Notes: generated by a model not told the origin, from the letters alone. Shown: positions 1-10,590, counted from the stretch's first letter. The stretch is 32,000 nucleotides of DNA from Escherichia coli (GCF_041320195.1 NZ_CP100994.1), one strand, 5' to 3'. A program made the numbers and translations.

Positions 1-894
1 GGCCTGGTGGTGGCAGAAATGTTTACCTTTATTGTCCGCCGCAATTGGGTCATTAAACTGCCCGACAGCGTACCTGCTTCAGTATCGCGTTCCTTCTCGG
101 CATTAATTCCCGGCTTTATTATTCTTTCCGTGATGGGGATTATTGCCTGGGCGTTGAATACCTGGGGCACCAACTTCCATCAGATCATTATGGATACCAT
201 CTCAACCCCACTGGCATCGTTGGGTAGCGTGGTGGGCTGGGCCTATGTGATCTTTGTTCCACTGCTCTGGTTCTTCGGTATTCATGGCGCGTTGGCGCTG
301 ACCGCACTGGACAACGGCATTATGACGCCGTGGGCGCTGGAAAATATCGCGACCTATCAGCAATATGGTTCCGTCGAAGCGGCGCTGGCAGCCGGTAAGA
401 CCTTCCATATCTGGGCCAAGCCGATGCTGGACTCCTTTATTTTCCTTGGGGGCAGTGGTGCGACTTTAGGCCTGATCCTGGCTATCTTTATCGCCTCTCG
501 CCGTGCTGATTATCGTCAGGTGGCAAAACTGGCGCTGCCGTCCGGCATCTTCCAGATTAACGAACCGATTCTGTTTGGTCTGCCAATTATCATGAACCCG
601 GTGATGTTTATCCCGTTTGTACTGGTACAACCGATTCTGGCGGCAATCACCCTCGCAGCGTACTACATGGGCATTATTCCTCCGGTGACCAATATTGCAC
701 CGTGGACCATGCCAACCGGTCTGGGAGCCTTCTTTAATACCAACGGTAGCGTCGCCGCATTGCTGGTCGCACTCTTCAACCTTGGCATCGCAACGTTAAT
801 TTATCTGCCCTTTGTTGTGGTGGCGAACAAAGCACAAAATGCGATTGATAAAGAAGAGAGCGAAGAAGATATCGCTAACGCCCTGAAATTTTAA
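1..894 (+). CDS. chbC: PTS N,N'-diacetylchitobiose EIIC component, C-terminal ~297 codons (5' end lies outside the window)
   Basis: Frame 1 is open from base 1 to the TAA at 892-894. The polytopic membrane protein sequence (…[15 protein letters not shown]…NEPILFGLP…) is recognised as ChbC, and chbA/R/F/G follow in operon order. Confidence 0.95.
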
Positions 895-944
895 TCGATG
901 CTGGTACGGGTAATCGTGCCGGTAAGAAAAGAGAGGAACGATGT

Positions 945-1295
945 ATGATGGATCTCGATAACATTCCCGATACGCAAACGGAAGCTGAAGAGCTGGAAGA
1001 AGTGGTGATGGGGCTTATCATCAACTCCGGACAAGCGCGCAGCCTGGCGTATGCGGCACTGAAACAGGCGAAGCAGGGCGATTTTGCTGCAGCAAAAGCC
1101 ATGATGGATCAGTCACGGATGGCATTGAATGAAGCGCATCTGGTACAGACGAAACTGATTGAAGGCGATGCGGGCGAAGGTAAGATGAAAGTGAGTCTGG
1201 TGCTGGTCCACGCTCAGGATCATTTAATGACGTCCATGCTTGCGCGTGAACTGATTACTGAATTAATTGAACTTCATGAAAAACTGAAGGCATAA
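945..1295 (+). CDS. chbA: PTS chitobiose EIIA component (116 aa)
   Basis: [36 protein letters not shown]… is recognised as ChbA. A GAGAGGAA purine-rich RBS lies upstream, and the operon context fits. Confidence 0.95.
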   Translation: MMDLDNIPDTQTEAEELEEVVMGLIINSGQARSLAYAALKQAKQGDFAAAKAMMDQSRMALNEAHLVQTKLIEGDAGEGKMKVSLVLVHAQDHLMTSMLARELITELIELHEKLKA

Positions 1296-1302
1296 GGAGT
1301 CG

Positions 1303-2145
1303 ATGATGCAGCCAGTGATTAACGCGCCGGAAATTGCCACTGCCCGAGAACAGCAGTTGTTTAATGGCAAAAACTTCCATGTGTTTATCTATAACAAAAC
1401 TGAGAGTATCAGCGGACTGCATCAGCACGACTATTATGAATTTACTCTGGTATTAACCGGGCGTTATTTCCAGGAGATTAACGGTAAGCGCGTGTTACTG
1501 GAACGGGGCGATTTTGTTTTTATTCCGTTAGGTTCGCACCATCAAAGTTTTTATGAGTTTGGTGCCACGCGTATATTGAACGTTGGGATCAGTAAACGCT
1601 TTTTTGAGCAGCATTACCTGCCGTTGTTGCCTTATTGCTTTGTAGCTTCGCAGGTATACCGGACCAATAACGCTTTTCTCACCTATGTGGAAACAGTGAT
1701 TTCTTCATTGAATTTCCGCGAAACAGGGCTGGAAGAGTTTGTTGAGATGGTTACTTTTTATGTCATTAACCGTTTACGTCATTACCGCGAAGAACAGGTG
1801 ATTGATGATGTACCGCAGTGGCTGAAAAGTACGGTAGAAAAGATGCATTATAAAGAGCAGTTTAGTGAATCGGCGCTGGAGAATATGGTGACGTTGTCAG
1901 CCAAATCACAGGAATATTTGACGCGAGCGACTCAACGATATTATGGCAAAACGCCAATGCAGATTATTAATGAAATCCGTATTAATTTTGCCAAAAAACA
2001 ACTGGAAATGACCAACTATTCCGTGACGGACATTGCGTTTGAGGCCGGTTATAGTAGCCCGAGTTTGTTTATTAAAACGTTTAAGAAATTAACGTCCTTT
2101 ACGCCTAAGAGCTATCGTAAGAAATTGACTGAATTTAATCAGTAA
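1303..2145 (+). CDS. chbR: AraC-family dual regulator of the chb operon (280 aa)
   Basis: The N-terminal cupin-like half is followed by a C-terminal AraC HTH (…[21 protein letters not shown]…[20 protein letters not shown]…). Recognised as ChbR. Confidence 0.95.
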   Translation: MMQPVINAPEIATAREQQLFNGKNFHVFIYNKTESISGLHQHDYYEFTLVLTGRYFQEINGKRVLLERGDFVFIPLGSHHQSFYEFGATRILNVGISKRFFEQHYLPLLPYCFVASQVYRTNNAFLTYVETVISSLNFRETGLEEFVEMVTFYVINRLRHYREEQVIDDVPQWLKSTVEKMHYKEQFSESALENMVTLSAKSQEYLTRATQRYYGKTPMQIINEIRINFAKKQLEMTNYSVTDIAFEAGYSSPSLFIKTFKKLTSFTPKSYRKKLTEFNQ

Positions 2146-2248
2146 GTCGTTATACCTGACAATTCACATATCTGTCCTGTTGCTGGATTATTTATGTCCG
2201 GGGGGCAGATATGCCAGATATCAGTATTCTGTACTGAAGGGAGAAATT

Positions 2249-3601
2249 ATGAGCCAGAAATTAAAAGTCGTCACTATTGGTGGCGGGAGCAGCTATACCC
2301 CGGAGTTACTGGAAGGATTTATTAAGCGTTATCACGAATTGCCGGTCAGCGAATTATGGCTGGTGGATGTCGAAGGTGGCAAAGCTAAACTGGATATTAT
2401 TTTCGATCTCTGCCAACGGATGATTGATAACGCTGGCGTCCCGATGAAGCTTTATAAAACGCTGGATCGTCGCGAAGCATTGAAAGATGCTGATTTCGTT
2501 ACTACCCAACTGCGCGTAGGCCAATTACCGGCGCGCGAACTGGATGAACGTATTCCATTAAGTCATGGTTATCTTGGTCAGGAAACCAACGGCGCAGGCG
2601 GTCTGTTTAAAGGTCTGCGTACCATTCCGGTGATTTTTGACATCATAAAAGATGTCGAAGAACTTTGTCCGAATGCATGGGTGATTAACTTCACTAACCC
2701 GGCGGGAATGGTCACTGAAGCCGTTTATCGTCATACCGGATTTAAACGCTTTATCGGCGTATGTAATATTCCGATCGGCATGAAGATGTTTATTCGCGAT
2801 GTTCTGATGCTGAAAGACAGCGATGATTTATCTATCGATCTGTTCGGCCTCAACCATATGGTGTTCATTAAGGATGTGCTGGTAAATGGCAAATCACGCT
2901 TTGCCGAATTGCTTGATGGTGTGGCATCCGGGCAGTTAAAAGCATCTGGCGTTAAAAATATTTTCGATCTGCCATTTAGCGAAGGCTTAATTCGTTCTCT
3001 GAATCTGTTGCCGTGTTCTTATTTGCTTTATTACTTCAAGCAAAAAGAGATGCTGGCTATTGAAATGGGCGAATACTACAAAGGCGGCGCACGAGCGCAG
3101 GTAGTACAGAAAGTCGAGAAACAACTTTTTGAGCTGTATAAAAACCCGGAGTTGAAAGTTAAGCCGAAAGAACTGGAACAGCGCGGTGGGGCTTATTACT
3201 CTGATGCAGCGTGCGAAGTGATCAACGCTATCTACAACGACAAGCAAGCTGAACATTACGTTAATATCCCGCATCATGGGCATATTGATAATATTCCGGC
3301 AGACTGGGCGGTAGAAATGACCTGTAAACTGGGGCGCGATGGCGCGACGCCACATCCGCGCATTACGCATTTCGATGATAAAGTGATGGGGCTGATTCAC
3401 ACCATTAAAGGCTTCGAGATTGCTGCCAGCAACGCCGCACTTAGCGGAGAATTTAACGATGTGTTACTGGCGCTAAACCTTAGTCCGTTGGTGCATTCCG
3501 ATCGCGATGCTGAGCTGCTGGCACGCGAGATGATTCTGGCGCACGAGAAATGGCTGCCAAATTTTGCCGACTGCATCGCAGAGCTAAAAAAAGCACATTA
3601 A
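2249..3601 (+). CDS. chbF: Monoacetylchitobiose-6-phosphate hydrolase, GH4 family (450 aa)
   Basis: The ORF track starts at 2180, but the ATG at 2249 (MSQKLKVVTIGGGSSYTPELL, the GH4 NAD-binding GGGS motif) is preceded by GAAGGGAGA. This matches the known 450-aa ChbF. Confidence 0.93.
   Translation: MSQKLKVVTIGGGSSYTPELLEGFIKRYHELPVSELWLVDVEGGKAKLDIIFDLCQRMIDNAGVPMKLYKTLDRREALKDADFVTTQLRVGQLPARELDERIPLSHGYLGQETNGAGGLFKGLRTIPVIFDIIKDVEELCPNAWVINFTNPAGMVTEAVYRHTGFKRFIGVCNIPIGMKMFIRDVLMLKDSDDLSIDLFGLNHMVFIKDVLVNGKSRFAELLDGVASGQLKASGVKNIFDLPFSEGLIRSLNLLPCSYLLYYFKQKEMLAIEMGEYYKGGARAQVVQKVEKQLFELYKNPELKVKPKELEQRGGAYYSDAACEVINAIYNDKQAEHYVNIPHHGHIDNIPADWAVEMTCKLGRDGATPHPRITHFDDKVMGLIHTIKGFEIAASNAALSGEFNDVLLALNLSPLVHSDRDAELLAREMILAHEKWLPNFADCIAELKKAH
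2359..2366 (+). other. Chi site (GCTGGTGG)
   Basis: An exact octamer on the plus strand inside chbF. The Chi list was found by eye and may not be exhaustive. Confidence 0.6.
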
Positions 3602-4363
<762 letters not shown>

Positions 4364-4375
4364 GTGAGGATGTTT

Positions 4376-4405
4376 GCCAGATGCGGCGTGAACCTTGCAT
4401 CCGGC
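4376..4405. repeat. Degenerate REP (repetitive extragenic palindrome) unit
   Basis: gccagatgcggcgtgaaccttgcatccggc resembles the REP consensus GCCGGATGCGGCGTGAACGCCTTATCCGGC. It lies between the convergent 3' ends of chbG and katE. Confidence 0.7.
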
Positions 4406-4420
4406 GATTAATTCCTACAA

Positions 4421-4442
4421 AGGCGGCGTAACTGCGCCGCTT
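4421..4442 (+). terminator. GC-rich hairpin (GCGGCG-N6-CGCCGC), copy A of a 22-nt direct repeat; possible chbG terminator
   Basis: aggcggcgtaactgcgccgctt forms a 6-8 bp stem followed only by TT. It is 21/22 identical to copy B at 4595-4616. Confidence 0.45.
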
Positions 4443-4466
4443 GAGACTGCTGACAAACGCAAAACT

Positions 4467-4565
4467 GCCTGATGCGCTTCGCTTATCAGGCCTACGCGTT
4501 TCCTGCAATATATTGAATTTGCACAGTTTTGTAGGCCGGATAAGGCGTTCACGCCGCATCCGGCA
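4467..4565. repeat. BIME-1 / RIP element: two inverted REPs flanking the conserved IHF-binding L motif
   Basis: gcctgatgcgcttcgcttatcaggcctac (4467-4495) and gtaggccggataaggcgttcacgccgcatccggca (4531-4565) flank tgcaatatattgaatttgcacagtttt. That central sequence is the characteristic RIP/BIME-1 core with an IHF-like ATTCAA-N4-TTG on the opposite strand. Confidence 0.85.
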
Positions 4566-4594
4566 TAAACAAAGCGCACTATGTAAATCATTTG

Positions 4595-4616
4595 AGGCGG
4601 CGCAACTGCGCCGCTT
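4595..4616. repeat. Copy B of the 22-nt GC-rich hairpin repeat, 4 nt (4617-4620) from the katE stop codon
   Basis: aggcggcgcaactgcgccgctt differs from copy A by a single base. It is the probable 3' hairpin of the katE mRNA on the minus strand, although there is no clean U-tract in that orientation. Confidence 0.45.
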
Positions 4617-4620
4617 TCCA

Positions 4621-6882
4621 TCAGGCAGGAATTTTGTCAATCTTAGGAATGCGTGACCACACGCGGTGTGCTGCCATCAGCGTTAGCAGTTCATCCATAA
4701 AACTACCGTCAGCGCTGTTAGCTTCCACAATCCCTTCTTCACCCTGGTCAGCGACCTCGATTGTTGCTTTAAACTTGCGCGCGTCTCCCGCAAGCGCAAT
4801 CGGTTTAAGGTGTTTGTAGGCTTCCATCAGGTAGTAGTTGGCATCGCCGTTGTCAGCGATATCCGCGATATTGCCGCAAGGGACAATGACCGCATCGACC
4901 GTCAGCGAAGGTGCACCGGCAAAGGTAGCGGCTATAGGCAACACCGTACCGTCATCCGCAGTCACTTCACCCATTCGGGAGTAGAGCAGTTTGGCATGAA
5001 CGCCTTTGGCCTTCAGCGCCTTGAGAATGGCCAGAAGGTCTGCCGATCTCACCTCATCATTAAGCAAAATCGCTACCACGCGACCTTTCACATCACCGTC
5101 AGGAATGGCGTACAAACTTAAGGATGGATCCTTTTTCAGACCGTTGACGTCCGGAGGCGGGGTGATATTCAGCTGGTCGTCCGTCAGCTCGATACCGAGA
5201 TTTTTCGCCACCGCCTGGGCCAGAGTGAGATCAATATGCGCCAGCTGGTCAACAACGCGCTCACGAATATACGGACGAACGACTTTGCTTAACTCAAAAC
5301 TGAAACCATCGACAATATGGCGCTGCTCGAATGGCGTCTGACTTAGCCAGAACAGACGCGGATGGGAATAATATTCGCCAAACGATGGACTGCGCTCGCG
5401 AACTTTATTTCCTTCCACGCGTTCCTGATATGATTCAAAACCGCCGCGTTTCGGCCCCGGCGGTGTTTCGCGCGGCCAGTTATCGTTGATCGAGTTCGGT
5501 TCGTAATTCGCCGGGTTAGTGTCGATCCCCATACGATGCATGCCGTCACGCTGGAAGTTGTGGTAAGGGCAGGTCGGGCGGTTAATCGGAATTTCATGGA
5601 AATTCGGCCCACCAAGACGACTGATTTGTGTATCGGTATAGGAGAACAAACGTCCCTGCAACAGCGGATCGTTGGTGAAGTCCAGTCCCGGCACGATATG
5701 CCCAGGATGGAAAGCCGCCTGTTCGTTTTCAGCAAAGAAGTTATCCGGGTTGCGATTGAGCACCATTTTGCCGACACGCTGAACGGGCACCAGTTCTTCC
5801 GGGATAAGTTTGGTTGGATCAAGAAGGTCGAAGTCGAACTTGAATTCGTCTTCTTCAGGAATCAACTGGAAGCCCAGTTCGTATTCCGGAAAATCGCCTG
5901 CTTCAATGGCTTCCCACAACTCGCGGCGGTGGAAGTCCGGGTCACGTCCGGTGAGTTTTTGTGCTTCATCCCAAACGAGTGAGGCTTTACCTGCCAGTGG
6001 TTTCCAGTGGAAACGTACGAACGTTGCCTTCCCTTCGGCATTAATCAGGCGGAAGGTGTGAATACCGAAGCCTTCCATGGTGCGGTAACTGCGCGGGATC
6101 CCGCGATCCGACATCGCCCACATCACGTTGTGCAGAGTTTCAGGTTGCAGAGAAACATAATCCCAGAAAGTATCGTGGGCGCTTTGCCCTTGTGGAATTG
6201 CCCAGTGTGGTTCTGGTTTTACCGCATGAACAAAATCAGGGAATTTATGCGCATCCTGGATAAAGAAGATTGGCGTGTTATTGCCAACGAGGTCAAAAAT
6301 ACCCTCTTCGGTATAGAACTTGGTGGCAAAGCCACGGATATCACGCACTGTATCGGCAGAGCCAGCGCCACCCTGAACGGTAGAGAACCTAACAAATACT
6401 GGGGTGATTTTGTTCGGATCTGAGAGGAAATCCGCTTTGGTGATATCGCTTAAGCTTTTATATGGCTGGAAATAACCGTGAGCGGCTGATCCGCGTGCAT
6501 GAACAATACGTTCCGGGATGCGCTCATGGTCAAAGTGGGTGATTTTCTCGCGCAGAATAAAATCTTCCAGCAGCGTTGGACCACGTTTACCGGCGCGCAG
6601 GGAGTTTTGATCATCGGCGATGCGCACACCCTGATTAGTGGTCAGCGCATAATTTTCACTGCCTTTGCGTACGTCTTCCAAAGAATTAAGTTTTTCGTTA
6701 CGCGTATCAGGGGCTTTCAGACTCCCTGGGGCGGTAGGTTGTGCACCTGGCGGTGTTGGTTCAGCCGCTGGACGATGAGATCCGTCCTCAGGTGCCAGTG
6801 AGTCCATCCCCGGTTTCGCTTCGCTGGAATCGTGTAGTGGTGACTGGTGCTGATGTGGGTTCTTTTCGTTATGTTGCGACAT
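4621..6882 (-). CDS. katE: Catalase HPII (large-subunit monofunctional catalase, 753 aa)
   Basis: [38 protein letters not shown]…[18 protein letters not shown]… is recognised as KatE over its full length. Confidence 0.97.
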   Translation of the reverse strand: MSQHNEKNPHQHQSPLHDSSEAKPGMDSLAPEDGSHRPAAEPTPPGAQPTAPGSLKAPDTRNEKLNSLEDVRKGSENYALTTNQGVRIADDQNSLRAGKRGPTLLEDFILREKITHFDHERIPERIVHARGSAAHGYFQPYKSLSDITKADFLSDPNKITPVFVRFSTVQGGAGSADTVRDIRGFATKFYTEEGIFDLVGNNTPIFFIQDAHKFPDFVHAVKPEPHWAIPQGQSAHDTFWDYVSLQPETLHNVMWAMSDRGIPRSYRTMEGFGIHTFRLINAEGKATFVRFHWKPLAGKASLVWDEAQKLTGRDPDFHRRELWEAIEAGDFPEYELGFQLIPEEDEFKFDFDLLDPTKLIPEELVPVQRVGKMVLNRNPDNFFAENEQAAFHPGHIVPGLDFTNDPLLQGRLFSYTDTQISRLGGPNFHEIPINRPTCPYHNFQRDGMHRMGIDTNPANYEPNSINDNWPRETPPGPKRGGFESYQERVEGNKVRERSPSFGEYYSHPRLFWLSQTPFEQRHIVDGFSFELSKVVRPYIRERVVDQLAHIDLTLAQAVAKNLGIELTDDQLNITPPPDVNGLKKDPSLSLYAIPDGDVKGRVVAILLNDEVRSADLLAILKALKAKGVHAKLLYSRMGEVTADDGTVLPIAATFAGAPSLTVDAVIVPCGNIADIADNGDANYYLMEAYKHLKPIALAGDARKFKATIEVADQGEEGIVEANSADGSFMDELLTLMAAHRVWSRIPKIDKIPA

Positions 6883-6942
6883 TGAACTCGTCTCCTTAAT
6901 TTATTACTGAAAGGGCCGCTGTTTTGGTCAAAAAACTCTCTA

Positions 6943-6950
6943 ACTATAGA
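6943..6950 (-). promoter_or_regulatory. Candidate sigma-S type -10 element of katE (TCTATAGT on the minus strand)
   Basis: The minus strand reads ggtggTCTATAGTtag about 60 nt upstream of the katE ATG, resembling the sigma-S extended -10 consensus TCTATACTT. katE is a classic RpoS-dependent gene. The transcription start was not verified. Confidence 0.5.
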
Positions 6951-6958
6951 CCACCAGC
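6951..6958 (-). other. Chi site (GCTGGTGG on the minus strand)
   Basis: An exact CCACCAGC octamer on the plus strand. Confidence 0.6.
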
Positions 6959-7085
6959 CAGATCCCGCTTCGGAGACTATTCTGGAAACGGTGTTATGAA
7001 ATACACGCAAAGCGGGACGTACAGGGGCTAAATCGGCTAAACTACAGTTTTTCTGATTTTTAATATGCGTTTAGTGAAGCCAGTA

Positions 7086-7328
7086 ATGAAGAAACCGCTC
7101 CGCCAGCAAAACCGCCAGATTATTAGCTATGTCCCACGCACGGAACCCGCGCCGCCAGAACATGCGATAAAGATGGATTCGTTTCGTGATGTCTGGATGC
7201 TGCGTGGCAAATATGTTGCGTTTGTACTGATGGGAGAGTCATTTCTGCGCTCACCGGCGTTTACTGTGCCTGAATCCGCCCAGCGTTGGGCAAATCAGAT
7301 CCGCCAGGAAGGGGAAGTGACTGAGTAA
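7086..7328 (+). CDS. cedA: Cell-division modulator CedA (80 aa)
   Basis: MKKPLRQQNRQIISYVPRTEPAPPEHAIKMDSFRDVWMLRGKYVAFVLMGE… is recognised as CedA. The ORF is also open from an ATG at 7065 (87 aa); the start was chosen to match the 80-aa protein. Confidence 0.85.
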   Translation: MKKPLRQQNRQIISYVPRTEPAPPEHAIKMDSFRDVWMLRGKYVAFVLMGESFLRSPAFTVPESAQRWANQIRQEGEVTE

Positions 7329-7339
7329 GGATTACGTAT

Positions 7340-7358
7340 CTCCCGGTTTTGCCGGGAG
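7340..7358 (+). terminator. Hairpin downstream of cedA (CTCCCGG-TTTTG-CCGGGAG)
   Basis: A perfect 7-bp GC-rich stem lies 12 nt after the cedA stop. It is followed by only TT, so it is a weak or atypical terminator. Confidence 0.4.
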
Positions 7359-7616
7359 TTACATGACCTGAAATTTTGTATTTCATTGCTACATTCATTC
7401 AAACCACCTGTAACAAAAAGCTGCCTTTGACGATCTATTGCTATAAATAAGTGATCTTTTTTCTTTAATTGCTTATTTATTTTAAAATGGTTAAGTTTTG
7501 CTAATCATGATGAGCTATTTTTGATAGTTCATCCTGTGGCGTCGCTCTTAAACTTATATTGTAAACGACTTAGATTCAAATGAGATAATAATTTTGTTGA
7601 CAATATGAGGCGGGAG

Positions 7617-8420
7617 ATGTTTTCTACAAACTTAATACAGAGTAATTATGGTGATTTAAATATTAAAAGCCTGGCTTTCGACTCTTTTAAAGAAAGGCTG
7701 CAGTCTACTATGACAGCACTCACTTTCTTTATATCAACGGGTCAATGTGACTGCGATGAAATAGCAGAATCAAACTTTAATTATATGATTGCCTATATGT
7801 CTAACATTAACTATGATGCCTCAAAGCCAGGAGCGCCAGCACTTAGTTTTGATACACATCTGCAGGACAATGTTAAATATAGAGTAATAATTAATAATCT
7901 TTATGGTAGTGAAATTCGGATAAGAGGTATAAATAAAGATTTTATTGGAATGGATGTCACTTCTGTATTTCGCCCAGAAAAGATGACCAATTTGATCAAT
8001 ATAAAAAACAGGTTGGCTATTCACTATTTAAGGACTATATACTATGAACAAAATTATATACATCCTGTCGGGAGCATTTTTGCTGCGATTCAAAAAAATG
8101 AGAGTCTCCTAAAGTTTCCTTCGATAATATCAATGCTTAATATCAGTCTTCTTTTTAATCCACTAAATCTTCCGGGAATGGGAAGTGGTGTGCTTGAAGA
8201 TATTATGAGTATTCCAGATAGTTCACTTAGAAAACGTCTCGGGTATGAGATTTTAAGCTTCTCGCTACAGGCACATTCATTGAGCCAGGAATGTATTGAT
8301 AAGTTGGACATTTTTTTCGCTGACGATCTGTTTAAATATGAGTCAGTTTGCATCGCCGCGATGGAACATTTAAAAAGTAAGGCAACGGCCCCTATACAAA
8401 ACGGACCGTTGCCAGCATAA
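7617..8420 (+). CDS. ydjO: Uncharacterised protein YdjO (267 aa), AT-rich orphan gene
   Basis: The ATG at 7617 is preceded by GGCGGGAG. The protein MFSTNLIQSNYGDLNIKSLAFDSFKERLQ… is recognised as YdjO. The gene and its 280-bp upstream region are visibly much more AT-rich than their neighbours. Confidence 0.85.
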   Translation: MFSTNLIQSNYGDLNIKSLAFDSFKERLQSTMTALTFFISTGQCDCDEIAESNFNYMIAYMSNINYDASKPGAPALSFDTHLQDNVKYRVIINNLYGSEIRIRGINKDFIGMDVTSVFRPEKMTNLINIKNRLAIHYLRTIYYEQNYIHPVGSIFAAIQKNESLLKFPSIISMLNISLLFNPLNLPGMGSGVLEDIMSIPDSSLRKRLGYEILSFSLQAHSLSQECIDKLDIFFADDLFKYESVCIAAMEHLKSKATAPIQNGPLPA

Positions 8421-8423
8421 GAA

Positions 8424-9815
8424 TTAACGGTGTGCCAGTTCGGCGTCGTCTTCGCTATCCAGAATGGCTTTATCGGTTTGCTTCAGCCACTGGCTGGTCA
8501 GCGTGCCAGCTGTCATCGAGCCACTAACGTTTAGCGCCGTACGGCCCATGTCGATAAGCGGTTCAACGGAGATTAACAGCGCCACCAGGGTTACTGGCAG
8601 GCCCATCGCAGGCAGCACAATCAGTGCGGCGAAAGTTGCACCACCACCGACACCGGCAACGCCTGCGGAGCTAACGGTAACAATACCGACCAGCGTCGCA
8701 ATCCACATCGGGTCCATCGGGTTAATGCCAACCGTAGGCGCAACCATCACCGCCAGCATCGCCGGATACAAACCGGCACAGCCGTTCTGACCAATGGTTG
8801 CACCGAAAGAGGCGGCGAAACTGGCGATGGATTCAGGAACACCGAGTCGACGCGTTTGTGCTTCCACATTCAGTGGGATAGACGCAGCACTGGAACGGCT
8901 GGTAAAGGCAAACGTCAGAACTGGCCATACCTTACGGAAGTACTTCAGCGGGCTCACGCCATTAATGCCCAGCAAAATGCCATGCACTGCAAACATAATC
9001 AGCAGACCGAGGTAGGACGCGACAACGAAACTTCCCAGTTTGATGATGTCTTGCAGGTTAGAACCTGCAACCACTTTGGTCATCAGCGCCAGAACGCCGT
9101 AAGGGGTCAACTGCATGACCAGGCGAACCAGCTTCATTACCCAGCTTTGCAGGGTATCGATAGCGGCTAAGACGCGTTCACCTTTCGGCGCATCATCCTT
9201 CAGCAGTTTCAGCGCAGCTACACCGAGGAATGCGGCAAAAATTACCACGCTGATAATTGACGTCGGATTGGCTCCGGTCAGATCGGCAAACGGGTTTTTC
9301 GGGATAAAGGACAAGACCAGCTGCGGAACGCTCAGGTCAGAGACTTTACCAACATAGTTACTTTCAATGGCGTTCAGACGTGCAGTTTCTGCACCACCCT
9401 GAACCAGACCTTCAGCCGTCAAACCAAACAGGTTGGTGACCAGCACACCGACCAGCGCCGCAATCAGCGTGGTAAACAAAAGCGTACCGATGGTCAGAAA
9501 ACTGATTTTGCCTAACTGAGATGCGTTATGCAGACGGGCAACCGCGCTCAGAATAGAGGCGAAGACTAACGGCATAACGATCATTTGCAGCAGTTGAACA
9601 TAGCCGTTACCAACAATGTTAAACCACTGTACAGAATCTTTAAGTACCTGGCTGTCAGAACCATAAATGGTATGCAGGGCAAGGCCAAAAACCACACCCA
9701 TCACCAGACCCACCAGCACTTTTTTCGCCAGACTCCACTGTTTATGGCGGGTCTGAGCCAGCGCAAACAGCAGTACAACGAACACCACGATGTTCGCAAT
9801 TAATGGAAAGTTCAT
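8424..9815 (-). CDS. tcyP: L-cystine/sulfur-compound transporter, DAACS (sodium:dicarboxylate symporter) family (463 aa)
   Basis: [32 protein letters not shown]… is recognised as YdjN/TcyP, a polytopic membrane protein. Confidence 0.95.
   Translation of the reverse strand: MNFPLIANIVVFVVLLFALAQTRHKQWSLAKKVLVGLVMGVVFGLALHTIYGSDSQVLKDSVQWFNIVGNGYVQLLQMIVMPLVFASILSAVARLHNASQLGKISFLTIGTLLFTTLIAALVGVLVTNLFGLTAEGLVQGGAETARLNAIESNYVGKVSDLSVPQLVLSFIPKNPFADLTGANPTSIISVVIFAAFLGVAALKLLKDDAPKGERVLAAIDTLQSWVMKLVRLVMQLTPYGVLALMTKVVAGSNLQDIIKLGSFVVASYLGLLIMFAVHGILLGINGVSPLKYFRKVWPVLTFAFTSRSSAASIPLNVEAQTRRLGVPESIASFAASFGATIGQNGCAGLYPAMLAVMVAPTVGINPMDPMWIATLVGIVTVSSAGVAGVGGGATFAALIVLPAMGLPVTLVALLISVEPLIDMGRTALNVSGSMTAGTLTSQWLKQTDKAILDSEDDAELAHR
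9710..9717 (-). other. Chi site (GCTGGTGG on the minus strand)
   Basis: An exact CCACCAGC octamer on the plus strand. Confidence 0.6.
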
Positions 9816-9920
9816 CCCCGTTCTCCTGATCTTATTATTTCTATCACTGCGTAGCAGTCATAGTGTTGGCGCAAGATTAACAGAACTGTGAGCTGGCTCT
9901 TATATTCAAATGGAATTGCT

Positions 9921-9949
9921 TATTACAGAAAGGCGATTTTTGCCTTTTT
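9921..9949 (-). terminator. Probable ydjM terminator hairpin overlapping its stop codon
   Basis: The minus strand reads AAAAAGGC-aaaaatc-GCCTTTCT followed by gtaataag. The stem is about 8 bp including one G-U pair, and the downstream tract is T-rich. Confidence 0.5.
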
Positions 9950-10538
9950 AGTATTCAACCTGATGCTTAATAAGCCGATGAAACTGGATCTGCAAGGTAT
10001 TGATCATTTGCGATGACCAACGGATAGCGCTGTTTTCGGGTAATGAATGTGGCATCCATACCGACCAGACAAATAATGCCATGCAGATAAAACGTTCCAG
10101 TTGGTTGCCCTTTTGGGGAACCAGGATAGGCAAGCGGAAACGCCAGCGGCATGGCCAGAGCAGTGGAACACCGGCGGGTGTCAGCATATCGGCAAGTATG
10201 TGGCTTAAATAACCCAGCACCATTCCTTGTAGCGCATCAGCCGGAATGAACCAGCTTTCAGGAACCTTAAGGTAAAAGGTTGCCAGCAGCGCAAATACCG
10301 CCAGCAGACTGTGGGTAAAACCACGATGCCCAAAAGCGCGGGCGATCGGTTTTGATATCCACTTTAATCGCTGCCCAAGAAACGACTTTGGGTGATCGAT
10401 GTCCGGTAACAAACACGTCAGGATTGCGGAAGGGACAATATGCCACCAGTCACCCTGTGCCAGCACGGGCGTCAGCTCGGCATTTTTGGCAAATACCGCA
10501 CAAGCAATAGAAAATAGAAGGTGACCTTCCGCCGTCAT
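9948..10538 (-). CDS. ydjM: SOS-regulated inner-membrane protein YdjM (196 aa)
   Basis: MTAEGHLLFSIACAVFAKNAELTPVL… is recognised as YdjM. The track ORF begins 4 codons earlier at a GTG; the ATG at 10538 has AGTGAG about 8 nt upstream. Confidence 0.93.
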   Translation of the reverse strand: MTAEGHLLFSIACAVFAKNAELTPVLAQGDWWHIVPSAILTCLLPDIDHPKSFLGQRLKWISKPIARAFGHRGFTHSLLAVFALLATFYLKVPESWFIPADALQGMVLGYLSHILADMLTPAGVPLLWPCRWRFRLPILVPQKGNQLERFICMALFVWSVWMPHSLPENSAIRWSSQMINTLQIQFHRLIKHQVEY

Positions 10539-10552
10539 GATAAAACTCACTA

Positions 10553-10572
10553 AACTGTCGATACGTACAGTA
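10553..10572 (-). promoter_or_regulatory. LexA (SOS) box 1 of ydjM
   Basis: The minus strand reads TACTGTACGTATCGACAGTT, a match to CTGT-N8-ACAG. It overlaps a TATACT -10-like hexamer. ydjM is known to be LexA-regulated with two boxes. Confidence 0.85.
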
Positions 10573-10590
10573 TAGGATTTTTATACAGTG
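10571..10590 (-). promoter_or_regulatory. LexA (SOS) box 2 of ydjM (half-degenerate)
   Basis: The minus strand reads CACTGTATAAAAATCCTATA, with a good left half-site CTGTAT and a degenerate right half. It overlaps box 1 by 2 nt. Confidence 0.7.

Noticed and set aside
2180-2248. N-terminal extensions offered by the ORF track (chbF 2180, cedA 7065, ydjO 7605, ydjM 10550 GTG, pfkB 14382, yniD 15695, rpmI 20736, pheS 21796, ydiE 31164 TTG)
   Set aside because: In each case an internal ATG with a better-placed SD reproduces the known protein N-terminus, so the extensions are just upstream in-frame sequence. cedA 7065 versus 7086 remains the least certain.
4421-4616. Possible CRISPR-like repeat-spacer structure
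   Set aside because: There are only two copies of a 22-nt hairpin. The sequence between them is a standard BIME, and there are no cas genes.
7597-7602. A perfect TTGACA -35 hexamer just upstream of ydjO
   Set aside because: It is only 15 nt from the ydjO ATG, so a matching -10 would fall inside the coding region. It is more likely chance in AT-rich DNA. A TGaGATAAT extended -10-like motif at 7581-7589 is a better but unverified promoter candidate.
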